Notes under the pieces: model-generated
Told to the model about the DNA's origin: nothing
The model's database searches: none
Seen by the model: only the letters and a program-made list of their open reading frames with translations
Part shown: in pieces, positions 24,960-36,803 of the stretch
How positions within the stretch are numbered: position 1 is the first letter of the stretch
How the letters are laid out: each line of letters starts with the position of its first letter
Position numbers and translations under genes: made by a program
Source: Malacoraja senta
Lineage: Eukaryota
Assembly (NCBI GenBank): GCA_038087875.1
Contig: CM075991.1
Coordinates: forward strand, 1,736,001 to 1,800,000
Length of the DNA stretch: 64,000 nt
Direction: 5' to 3'

Positions 24960-25950
24960 GGCTCAGTGAAACTTGAAAGACCTGGATAGAGTGGATATGG
25001 AGAGGATGTTTCCATTTCTGGGAGTGTCCAGGACTAGAGGATGCAACCTCAGAACAAAAGAATGTACCTTTACAAGTTCACGCGATAAGAGTAGAATTAC
25101 GCCATCGAGTCCACTCCGCCATTCAATCATGGCTGATCTCTGCTTCCGAATCCCATTTTCATGCCTTCTCCCCATATCCCTTGACACCTAATCAAGAATT
25201 TGCCTATCTCTGCGTTAGAAATATCCACTGACGTGGCCTCCACAGCCCTCTGTGGCAACACAGTTTAACTACCCTCCTCAACTGCTTGCTAAAAGAGCGC
25301 CCTTTAATTCTGAGGCTATGATCCCAGGTCCCAGACGCTACCACCAGTGGAAACATCCTTTCCACATCCACTCTATGCTTTTCATTATTCTGTAAGTTTC
25401 AATGAGCCCCCCCCCTCAACCTTCTAAACTCCAACGAGTAGAGGCCAATAATGTCAAACGCTGAGCATTTGTTAACACACTCATTCCGGGAATCATTCTT
25501 ATAAACCACTGGACCATCTCCAGAGCCAGCACATTCCTCAAAAAATGGGGTCCAAATTTACTCACAAGAGCATTTGCTTAGAAAGGAGATGAAGAGGAGT
25601 TTCTTTGGTCGGTGTGGAGAACCTGTGGAATACATTGCCACAGACTGCTATGGAGGCCGTGATTGAGTTTCTTTAAGAAGGAACTGCAGATGCTGGAAAA
25701 TCGAAGGTAGACAAAAGTGCTGGAGAAACTCAGCGGGTGCAGCAGCATCTATTAGATTCTCCAGCACTTTTGTCTACCTTTGAGTTTCTTTAAAGCAGAA
25801 ATTGATAGATTCTTGATTAGTAAGGATATCAATGTTTATGGGTAGAAGGCAGGAGAATGGCGTTGAGATGGAAAGATAGACCAGATTGAGTGGCGCAATA
25901 GACTCGATGGGCTTAATGGCATAATTCTGCCCCTGTGACTTATGAACTCA
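24960..25950. mobile_element. CR1 3' fragments: a plus copy interrupted by a minus copy and by a Penelope mini fold-back at 25677-25779
   Basis: LDRVDMERMFP...SRTRG. The mini insertion is flanked by the 14-bp repeat ttgagtttctttaa (25663-76, 25780-93). Confidence 0.7.
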
Positions 25951-26501
25951 TGAACTGTCACTATCCATGTTCTCCAGAGATGCTGCTTGACTTGCTGAGT
26001 TACTCCAGCACTCTTGTATGATTTTGTACAAACCATCATCTGAAGTTTCTTGTATCTCCTGGAACGGTTTGCTCGCACTCCCAAACGTCACTCTGACAGA
26101 GGATTCCACATACACTCTAGCAGGATGCACAGGTGATTTCAGGCCAAATCTCTTCTGCCCTCAACATGAAATTTAAAACGGATATATTTTCTCTTCTTCT
26201 CGGACCTGAAGAAACGAATTCAACCTTTTTGCTGAATCTCGGCAGGATGCCTGACATTCTGAGCGTTTCCAGCACTTTTCTGTTTATTTCATGCTTCCAT
26301 GATCTGCAGTTTTGTTTTGTTTTGATTTTGAAATCCTTTCGAATGAGCATTTAGAATGTTTTACTAGCGGGAGAACCGAGGATAACTGGGAATAATCGTC
26401 AAAATGCAAAATCAATTATTTAATTAATTTTACGTATTTGTTAAATCCTGCTTTCCAATGGTCAGTAGGATGTGACGTTGTGCATACTGGCAGCCTCTGC
26501 T

Positions 26502-27230
26502 TCAAGTCAAGTCAAGTCAAGTGAGTTTATTGTCATGTGTCTCTGATAGGACAATGAAATTCTTGCTTTGCTTCAGCACAACAGAACATAGTAGGCATTG
26601 ACTACAAGGCATTCTATAAATATATACACACATGAATAAATAAACTGATAAAGTGCAAATAACAGTATTGGCTAATCAAGTTCAGTGTTATGTCCGAGCC
26701 AGGTTTAATAGCCTGATGGCTGTGGGGAAGTAGCTATTCCTGAACCTGGTCGTTGCAGTCTTCAGGCTCCTGTACCTTCTACCTGAAGGTAGTAGGGAGA
26801 TGAGTGTGTGGCCAGGATGGTGTGGGTCCTTGATGATACTGCCAGCCTTTTTGAGGCAGCGACTGTGATAGATCCCCTCGATGGAAGGGAGGTCAGAGCC
26901 GATGATGGACTGGACAGTGTTTACTACTTTTTGTAGTCTTTTCCTCTCCAGGGCGCTCAAGTTGCCGAACCAAGCCACGATGCAACCGGTCAGCATGCTC
27001 TCTACTGTGCACCTGTAGAAGTAAGAGAGAGAGTCCTCCTTGACAAACTGACTCTCCGTAATCTTCTCAGTAAGTAGAGGCGCTGATGTGCTTTCTTAAT
27101 AATGGCATCAGTGTTCTCGGACCAGGACAGATCTTCAGAGATGTGCACGCCCAGGAATTTGAAGCTCTTGACCCTTTCAACCATCGACCCGTTGATATCA
27201 ACGGGACTGTGGGTCCCCATCCTACTCCTT
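26502..27230 (-). mobile_element. Rex1/Babar-clade LINE 3' fragment
   Basis: FKFLGVHISEDLSW...KKAHQRLYLLRRLR and TGCIVAWFGN...LLPSGRRYRS; (CTTGA)n tail at 26502-26521. Confidence 0.85.
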
Positions 27231-27559
27231 CCTACCATGAAGCCAATTTTCTATCCATTCAGCTGTCCCATACGATCTAACCTTCCACAGCAGCCCACCA
27301 CGTGGAACACTTCTCGAATGCCTTACTGGAAGCCATGTATACAACGCCTACAGCTCTGCCTTCATTGACCTTTTTGGTCACGTCCTCAAAAAACGGAATC
27401 AAATTTGTGAGCCACAACCTCCCACATACAGAACCAAGTCACACGAGCAGAATTAGGTGATATGGTCCATCGAGTCTACCCCGCCAATCAACCGTGACTG
27501 ATCTATCCCTCTCAACCCTACTATCTTGCCTTTTCTCTTCACTTGCAGGAAGTGAGTTC

Positions 27560-29330
27560 CAGAGAGCATCATAGATAGGAGGTTCAGTGAGGTGAGCACA
27601 AACAAGGTGCACATGGTGGGAGCTGGGTGACCACCAGAAAAGACTGATCGGATAGGTAGAGCAATCAGGATTCCTCTGTCATGATTCCCCTCACTAACAA
27701 ATATATTGGTTCACAAAAATGCCACAAAGTGTTGGAGTAACTTAGCTGGTCGTACAGCACCCCTGGAGAACATGGATAGGTGACGATTTAGTGCGGGACC
27801 TGAGTCTGAAGAAGAGTCCTGGTCTGAAACGTCACCTATCCACGTCCTCCAGAGAAGCTGCCTGACCTGCATAGTTACTCCAGCACTTTGTGTCTTTTTT
27901 GAATATCATATTTGGCACAGTTAGAGAGGAGCAGCAGCTACCTTGTCTGTGGCACGGTAGCTGGCTTCAATTCTCATCAGGGGCGGGTGGAGACAGGGAA
28001 AGCTATAGTATTAGGATCCTCGATAGTTAGAGTGACAGCAGGAGATTCTATAGTAGCAAATGAGATACCATGACGTTACTTTGCCTTTAGGGTGTCACAG
28101 TCAAGGATGTCTCTGAGCGGTTGCAGAAAATACTCAAGTGGAAATGTGAGCTGCCAAAGCTCGTTGGACATATTTTGTTTCAAACGACAAAGGTAGGAAA
28201 AGGAACAAGGTCCTGCAGTGTGGATAAAGGAAATTAGTTTGTTTAGTTTATTGTAACGTGTAGGTATAGTAAAAACAAATATTTTGTTGTATGTTATCGA
28301 GTCAGTGGACACACAGATCTCATGGGCAGTAATCTCTGGATTAATTCAGGTGTCTAGTGCCAGCGGGAAGAGGAAGAGAAGCGCCGGACAGGTGAATACG
28401 TGACTGAGGGGCTGGTGTTCAAGTATTTGGAACATTGGCAACTCTTCTGGGGTGACCTGTACAGGAGAGGTGTGTGGCACCTGAGCTAGAGCGGGAGAAA
28501 TAGCCTGGCAGAGAGATATGCTGATGCTACATAGGAGGGTCAACTTAGTGTGTCAGGACTATGGGACTCAAATCAGTGGTGAGGTAGATAAGAAGGTTGA
28601 GACAAGTACAAGTTGAAGCGAACAAGTTTGGCAGACAGTTCTTGCACGTACATGGCAGGGAACGAGAAAGGTCTGTGTGGGAAGGAACTGCAGATGCTGG
28701 TTTAAACCGAACATAGACACTAGATGCTGGAGTAACTCAGCAAGACAGGCAGCATCTCTGGAGACAAGGTCTCCAACGAGAATGGTCTGATGGTTTAACC
28801 TGCATTTATTTCAATGCCGGACTGACAGAGGAATTCGGGAATTGGGTTGAAACACGAGGATGGAATACAATAGCTCATGGTGTGGTTCATGGCGTCAGGA
28901 CACTCAGCTCAATGTTCCGGGGCAGAAGCGATGGACCTGGAGGTAAGATTCAAGGGGAGCTTTTACCGCGGGACCAGGGTGATAATGCCGATAGCATGGT
29001 CAGTAACTTCGAAGATGACACTGACATTGGTAGTAGAGTGTACAGTGAAGAAGGATATCTAGAATTTCAACGGAGTTTTATAAACGGGGTCAATAGGCTG
29101 ATGAACGGCAACGGTAGATAATTGTGAGATGGTGCATTTTGCAGAGCAGGACCAAAGCAATAAGGTCCTGGACAGTGTTGTCGAACAGAGAGACAAAGGG
29201 GTGCAGGTACACAGTTCCATGAAGGTGGCCTAACGGCCCCGGGAAGACAGGGTGGTGCAGAAAGCTTTTGGCAGGCTTGCCTTCATCAGTCATGGTATTG
29301 TGCAGAGGAGTTGGAACGTCATGTTACAGC
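27560..29330 (+). mobile_element. Highly decayed CR1 pieces with Penelope-end insertions
   Basis: ORF1-esterase-like and RT-like remnants (SNFEDDTDIG). Penelope ends at ~27710-27900 and ~28680-28770. Confidence 0.55.
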
Positions 29331-30176
29331 TCCCCGGGCGTTGATGCATCCTTTCCCTGAACGCTCTCAAGAAGAAAAGTAAAACTGACCGGCTGCTGGA
29401 AATATGACATTCAAAATATCAACGCTGTAAAATTATGTAGGACGGATTTTTCCATATATATGAGTTATATTTCCAATCCGTGAAATAGGACTGGAAGGGA
29501 AAATGTATTGTTTTAACGAAGAATATTCCTTTGATATAACCTGGACACCAACAGAAGTAGTCTTCGTGTGAGCCAAGGGATTGGTCGAACCAAGTCCTTC
29601 TCATCGAATGTTCAGACATTAATGAGTGAGGGTATTCCAATCCTTCGGTTGGTAATTGGTTCTGCACTTCTGCAGCCACACACGCGGAATCACTGACTTT
29701 GTGACATTATGTGAGCGGATGGACGTGGAAATGAAGGCAGAGAAATGATGAATCTGAGAAAACAAAATAGCGGAGCAAGGTAATGACTATGGTAGGGATC
29801 CAATATGAATATGTGGAAACAAAGAGGAATGTCAGAGAACTTTGTTTTGACTTCCGAGGAAAGGATGCTTTTTTCGGCACAGTTCCGATATTCTGCAGTG
29901 AAAACGCACAAAGTCCACAAAAGGGGGACGCGACAATAAGCGTGAGAGATTGTTTGACTTTGTTTTAATAAACGTATTTTATCGAGGGTGTGTCAGATAT
30001 GTACTGCCTGGACAATGTAATTTGCAACACGGGAGTGAAAATTCTAGTGTCTGTTGCCAAAAAACATTCCACCGACATTGAATAAACAGGGCGGGGATGG
30101 GAGGTGGAGAAAAATAACATCGGTGGAGACCAGACTGGAACCCTGCTGATCATAGCGCCATGTTGTTATCTCCGGT

Positions 30177-30398
30177 TTGCTTCCAGTTCCTCGTGCTGGC
30201 GAGAGCAGGAACAGGGAGATACGGGACCTGAATGTGTGGCTGAGGAACTGGTGCAGGGGGCAGGGATTTAGATTCTTAGATCACTGGGATCTGTTTTGGA
30301 GTAAAAGGGAACTGTACAAAAGGGACGGATTGCATCTTAACAGGTGGGGGACCAGCATTCTGGCAGGCAGGTTTGCCACTGCTACACGGGTGGTTTAA
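30177..30398 (+). CDS. CR1 ORF1 C-terminus (SGNH/GDSL esterase-like), 5'-truncated
   Basis: LNVWLRNWC...FLDHWDLF...DGLHLN. Confidence 0.75.
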   Translation: MLPVPRAGESRNREIRDLNVWLRNWCRGQGFRFLDHWDLFWSKRELYKRDGLHLNRWGTSILAGRFATATRVV

Positions 30399-33300
30399 AA
30401 CTGAATAAGGGGGGTGGGGTGTCGAATGGGATAGTTGAGGATGGAGTTAAAGGGAAAGGGTTTCTTAAATGTGTGAGCGTAGAGACAGAGGGATGTAAAA
30501 TGAAGGTAGAAGCAATAGGTAGCAAGATGAAAAGTAAAAGTGGCAGGCAGACAAATCCAGGGCAAAAATCTAAAAGGGCCACTTTTCAACATAATTGTAT
30601 ACGGGGTAAGAGTGTTGTAAAAACAAGCCTCAAGGCTTTGTGTCTCAATGCAAGGAGCATTCGTAATAAGGTGGATGAGTTGAATGTGCAGATAGCTATT
30701 AATGACTATGATATAGTTGGGACCACGGAGACATGGTTCCAGGGTAACCAAGGCTGGGAGCTGAACATCCAGGGATATTCAATATTCAGGAGGGATGGAC
30801 AGAAAGGGAAAGGAGGTGGGGTAGCGTTGCTGGTTAGAGAGCAGATTAACGCAATAGAAAGGAAGGACATTAGCTTGGAGGATGTGGAATCGATATGGGT
30901 AGAGCTGCGAAACACTAAGGGGCAGAAAACGCTAGTGGGAGTTGTATACAGGCCACCTAACAGTAGTAGTGGAGTTGGGGATGGCATCAAACAGGAAATT
31001 AGAAATGCGTGCAACAAAGGTAAAACAGTTATAATGGGTGACTTCAATCTACATATAGATTGGGTGAATCAAATTGGCAAGGGTGCTGAGGAAGAGGATT
31101 TCTTGGAATGTATGCGGGATAGTTTTCTAAACCAACATGTAGAGGAACCAACGAGAGAGCAGGCTATTCTAGATTGGGTATTGAGTAATGAGGAAGGGTT
31201 AGTTAGCAGTCTTGTTGTGCGTGGCCCCTTGGGCAAGAGTGACCATAATATGGTTGAGTTCTTCATTAGGATGGAGAGTGACATTGTTAATTCAGAAACA
31301 AGGGTCCTGAACTTAAAGAAAGGTAACTTTGAGCGTATGAGAAGTGAATTGGCCAAGATAGACTGCCAATTGATTCTTAATGGGTTGACGGTAGATGTGC
31401 AATGGAAGGCATTTAAAGACTGCATGGATGAACTACAACAATTGTTCATCCCAGTTTGGGGGGAAAAAATCAGGGAAGGTAGTGCATCCATGGATAACAA
31501 GGGAAATCAGGGATAGTATCAAAACAAAAGATGAAGCGTACAAATTAGCCAGAAAAAGCAGCCTACCAGAGGACTGGGAGAAATTCAGAGTCCAGCAGAG
31601 GAGGACAAGGAGCTTAATTAGGAAAGGGAAAATAGATTATGAAAGAAAACTGGCAGGGAACATAAAAACGGACTGCAAAAGCTTTTATAGATATGTGAAG
31701 AGAAAAAGATTAGTTAAAACAAATGTAGGTTCCTTGCAGTCAGAAACAGGTGAATTGATCATGGGGAACAAGGACATGGCAGACCAATTGAATAACTACT
31801 TTGGTTCTGTCATCACTAAGGAAGACATAAATAATCTGCCGGAAATAGCAGGGGACCGGGGGTCAAATGAGATGGAGGAACTGAGTGAAATGCAGGTTAG
31901 CCGGGAAGTGGTGTTAGGTAAATTGAATGGATTAAAGGCCGATAAATCCCCAGGGCCAGATAGGCTGCATCCCAGAGTACTTAAGGAAGTAGCCCCAGAA
32001 ATAGTGGATGCTTTAGTGATAATTTTTGAAAACTCTTTAGATTCTGGAGTAGTTCCTGGGGATTGGAGGGTAGCTAATGAAACCCCACTTTTTAAAAAGG
32101 GAGGGAGAGAGAAAACGGGGAATTACAGACCAGTTAGTCTAACGTGGGTAGTGGGGAAACTGCTAGAATCAGTTACTAAAAATGGGATTGCAGCACATTT
32201 GGAAAGTGGTGAAATCATTGGACAAAGTCAGCATGGATTTATGAAAGGTAAATCATGTCTGACGAATCTTATAGAATTTTTCGAGGATGTAACTAGTAGA
32301 GTGGATAAGGGAGAACCAGTGGATGTGTTATATCTGGACTTTCAGAAGGCTTTCGACAAGGTCCCACATAAGAGATTAGTATACAAACTTAAAGCACACG
32401 GTATTGGGGGTTCAGTATTGATGTGGATAGAGAACTGGCTGGCAGACAGGAAGCAAAGAGTAGGAGCAAACGGATCCTTTTCACAATGGCAGGCAGTGAC
32501 TAGTGGGGTACCGCAAGGCTCAGTGCTGGGACCCCAGCTATTTACGATATATATTAATGATTTGGACGAGGGAATTGAATGCAACATCTCCAAGTTTGCG
32601 GATGACAGGAAGCTGGGGGACAGTGTTAGCTGTGAGGAGGATGCTCGGAGGCTGCAAGGTGACTTGGAGAGGCTGGGTGAGAGGGCAAATGCATGGCAGA
32701 TGCAGTATAATGTGGATAAATGTGAGGTTATCCACTTTGGTGGCAAAAACAGGAAAGTAGACTATTATCTGAATGGTGGCCGATTAGGAAAAGAGGAGAT
32801 GCAACGAGACCTGGGTGTCATGGTACACCAGTCATTAAAAGTAGGCATGCAGGTGCAGCAGGCAGTGAAGAAGGCGAATGGTATGTTAGCATTCATAGCA
32901 AAAGGATTTGAGTATAGGAGCAGGGAGGTTCTACTGCAGTTGTACAGGGTCTTGGTGAGACCACACCTGGAGTATTACGTGCAGTTTTGGTCTCCTAATC
33001 TGAGGAAAGACATTCTTGCCAAAGAGGGAGTACAGAGAAGGTTTACCAGACTGATTCCTGGGATGTCTGGACTTTCATATGAAGAAAGACTAGATAGACT
33101 CGGTTTGTACTCGCTAGAATTTAGAAGATTGAGGGGGGATCTTATAGAAACTTACAAAATTCTTAAGGGGTTGGACAGGCTAGATGCAGGAAGATTGTTC
33201 CCGATGTTGGGGAAGTCCAGAACAAGGGGTCACAGTTTAAGGATAAGGGGGAAATTTTTTAGGACCAAGATGAGGAAAACATTTTTCACACAGAGAGTGG

Positions 33301-33434
33301 TGAATCTCTGGAATTCTCTGCCACAGAAGGTAGTTGAGGCCAGTTCATTGGCTATATTTAAGAGGGAGTTAGATGTGGCCCTTGTGGCTAAAGGGATCAG
33401 GGGGTATGGAGAGAAAGCAGGTACAGGATACTGA
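30344..33434 (+). CDS. CR1 ORF2 (APE endonuclease + reverse transcriptase) with one frameshift near 31460
   Basis: LNARSI, TETW, YRPP, MGDFN, SDHN in the first frame; KSPGPD, NYRPVSL, QHGF, YLDFQKAFD, GVPQGSVLGP, FADD in the second. Confidence 0.93.
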
Positions 33435-33616
33435 GTTGGATGATCAGCCATGATCATATTGAATGGCGGTGCAGGCTCGAAGGGCCGAATGGCCTACTCC
33501 TGCACCTATTTTCTATGTTTCTATGTTTCTATGTTTGAGTTCCATCCGCATCGGGATCATCTTTAGCTTATTCTTACAGTTGTTTCTAATACTACCGTGC
33601 TTCATATATTTCTCAG

Positions 33617-33919
33617 ATCACAGATTGGTATCCAAAGATGACAAATGCTCGGGAAGACTGGAGGTGCGATATGGTGAAACCTGGGAAACCGTGTGCGACC
33701 TGCACTGGGATATGGATGATGCCAACGTGGTGTGCAATGCGCTTCAATGCGGAGTCGCTGTATCTGTGCTGGGAAGGGCTTTTTTCGGAGAGGGAACTGG
33801 GATTGTGTGGAACGATGTTTTTGGATGTAAGGGTAATGAGTCAAACCTTTGGCATTGCCCCCGTTTTTCAGGAACTCGTCATTGCAACCACGGGAATGAT
33901 GTCGGTGTGATCTGTTCTG
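33617..33919 (+). CDS. SRCR domain exon 2 (8 Cys)
   Basis: 303 nt, tctcag|...|gtgagt, phase 1/1. RLVSKDDKCSGRLEV...TVCD...HCNHGNDVGVICS. Confidence 0.95.
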
Positions 33920-33935
33920 GTGAGTGCCGCCTTTG

Positions 33936-35890
33936 TTATTATTATTATTATTATTATTATTTTTCCAAAATTTTAATATTAATTTTTTCCCAATTACTAT
34001 ACTGTAGTCAAGGAAATGTCTTTGGTTTGTTGTAAGTTTTAGGTATTGTTCTGATATGCCCTATATTATTAATTTAGGATCGGGATCCAGTTGAGTATTA
34101 ACAACTACAGAGATTATTTTAAAAATATCCATCCAATAATTATTAATTTTTATACAATTTAGAAAGGTATGGGTTAAATTAGCCGATGAGTATTGGCATT
34201 TATCACAAATAGGAGAGATATTAGGAAAGATTCTATTTAATTTTGTTTTTGAATAATGCAATCTATGTAGTACTTTAAATTGTATTAAAGAATGTCTGGC
34301 ATTTAATGAACATTGATGTATATGTTGTAAACTTTCATCCCAAATATCTTTTGTTATAGGTTGGGCTAATTCCTTTTCCCATGCTAATCTATATAATTCC
34401 GTCGACGGAGTCTCACTGTCTAAAAGAATATTATAAATATAAGATATAAATTTATCTGGATTAGGGTGTTTATTCAAACATTCATCTAGAATCCCTGGTT
34501 CTCTAGTTCTGTATTCTTGTGTATGTGATTTAACATAATCTTTAAGTTGTAAGTATCTAAAAAAAATATTTGAATGTAATCCATAATTCTGTTGTAGTTC
34601 CTGGAACGAAAGAAAAATACCGTTTCTATAAAGATCTCGTCCTTTTAATTCCATGATTTTTCCATTGTACAAAACCTTTATCAAACACTGAGAGTTTAAA
34701 TGAAGGATTATTTGCAATGGGGAGAGAAAATGTTAAATTATTCCATTTTAATGTCTTTTTTAATTGTTTCCAAATTCGAACTCCACTATATATTATAGGG
34801 TTTTCACTATAGATTTTTTAATTCAGTTTTGTAGGGGCTAACAGGATTGGACCAATTTCAAAAGGCAAACAATCTTCCTTTTCCATCTTTAACCAGTCTG
34901 GTTGTTGATCCATATCTTCCAACCAGAAATTCATATTTTTGACATTGACTGCCCAAAAATAAAATAAAAAATTTGGTAAAACTAATCCTCCTTTGGTCTT
35001 GGGTTTACATAGGTGATTTTTGCTTATTCTGTGATTCTTATAATCCCAAATAAAACTTGTCACAATAGAATCGACTTTTTTGAAGAATTTTTTTGGGAGA
35101 TATATCGGGATTGATTGAAAGAGGTATAGCAATTGCGGAAGGAAAATCATTTTTATAGCATTAATTCTACCGAGCATTGAAATGAGAAGTGTTTTCCGGT
35201 ATTGAATATTCTTATGCAATTTATTAAGTAAAGGCATGAAATTTGATTTAAATAGAGAGTTATATTTCTTTGTCACATAAATTCCAAGCTATTTAAATTT
35301 TTCATTAACTATTCTAAAGGGTGAGTTAATGCAATATATATGAATTAGGTTCCGTTATTGGCATAATCTCACTTTTATTCCAATTAATTCTATATCCCGA
35401 AAATAAACCAAATTGAGTTATAAGATTTAACAAGTTTGGAATGCTGATTTCTGGGTTTGTTATATATAATAATACACCGTCTGCATATAGAGAGATTGTA
35501 TTAACTGTATTTTTAGTATTATCCCCATATATTTCTGGATGTGCTCTAACTCTTTCTGCTAGTGGTTCGATAGCAAGGGCAAATAATAACGGTGATAACG
35601 GGCATCGTTGTCTGCAATCTTTAGATAAATCAAATTTTGTTGATAGCATTTGATTTGTCATTATTCTAGCTGTTGGGTTAGTGTATAAAAGCTTAACCCA
35701 TGTGCAAAACTTCTCACCCAATTGAAAATTTTCCATCACCGAAAATAAATAAGGCCATTCCACTTGATCGAATGCTTTCTCACCATCTAACGAGATGACT
35801 GCTAAATCTACATTAGCTATTCTGTTTGAGTATATAATATTAAAAATCGTCTCCAATTATAATATGAGTAGCGTTTTGGAATAAAGCCAG
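33936..35890 (-). mobile_element. 5'-truncated, decayed L1-clade LINE (RT to Cys-rich C-terminus)
   Basis: SLDGEKAFD, CPLSPLLF, LYADG, LGRINAIKM, ICDKC...HTFLNC; (TAA)n tail at 33936-33960. Confidence 0.88.
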
Positions 35891-36502
35891 AAAATATTTT
35901 TAACCTCAATTGCACTTGGAAGACAGAGATCAGTTGTTGACATTTATTTTGAGAAGGGCTTATAAAAATGCTTCAATGCAATTCAGTGTCATTCCATTTT
36001 GATGCTTAAGAAGGAACTGCAGATGCTGGAAAAATCGAAGGTAGATAAAATTGCTGGAGAAATTCAACGGGTGAGGCAGCATCTATGGAGCGAAGGAAAA
36101 GGTAACGTTTCGGGTCGAGACCCTTCTTCAGACTGATGTGGGGGTGGCGGGGAAATCAGGTTGGTTATTGCGAACTGAGTGAAGGTGTTGGGCGAAGCGA
36201 TCGCCAAGCCTACGCTTGGTCTCACCGATGTAGTGCAGCGGACACCTAGAGCAGCGGATGCAATAGATGAGTTTGGAGGAAGTGCAGGCTCTGCTACACA
36301 TGGAAAGACTGCTTAGGTCCTTGGATGGAGACAAGGGGGGAGGTAAAATGACACGTGTAGCATTCCCTGCGGTTGCAAGGGAAAGTACCAGGAAATGGGG
36401 TGGTTTGGGAGGGAAGGGGCGAATTGACCAGGAAGTTACGGAGGGAGCGGTCTCTGCGGAAGCCGAAAGGAGAGGAGATGGGAAGATGTGGCCAGTGGTG
36501 GG

Positions 36503-36712
36503 TGCAGAGCCGTGCATGTTCCTTTAACATGGTGACCTCACTTCTACTAACCACTCCCCATTAGCTTCAGTATAAATGTAACCTTCCCACCCCTAGCTCG
36601 CTCTCTAGCTCCGGTAACGGACCACGAACAGCTAGGGCAATATGTGTGTATACGAATACAATGTATGCAATAAACTAGAGTGAAGACACCATGTGTTTGG
36701 ACAGTCTTTACA
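36503..36712 (+). repeat. 5' LTR
   Basis: Matches 39478-39687 at 209/210 positions by eye; contains TATAAA and AATAAA. Confidence 0.95.
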
Positions 36713-36803
36713 TGGTGTCAAGAAGTTAACCCTGCGTCTCCTGTTCATCGGGTTTGTTTTCTTTTCTCCAAGTGTTTATTTTCCTTTCCAACTATTTATG
36801 TAC

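Larger units (their letters stand above)
30163..33535 (+). mobile_element. Young CR1 LINE, 5'-truncated within ORF1, ORF2 almost intact
   Basis: ORF1 esterase tail (DGLHLN); endonuclease in 30344-31516; RT in 31395-33434; 3' tail (tttctatg)n. Confidence 0.95.

Noticed and set aside
29640..29700. 'LRLV' motif suggesting an extra SRCR exon
   Set aside because: No downstream Cys or GRVEV pattern; a chance match.
33463..34035. 190-aa single-exon membrane protein with hydrophobic flanks and poly-Tyr
   Set aside because: The ORF extends the SRCR exon into a CR1 tail, intron sequence and a (TAT)n LINE tail; only 33617-33919 is exonic.
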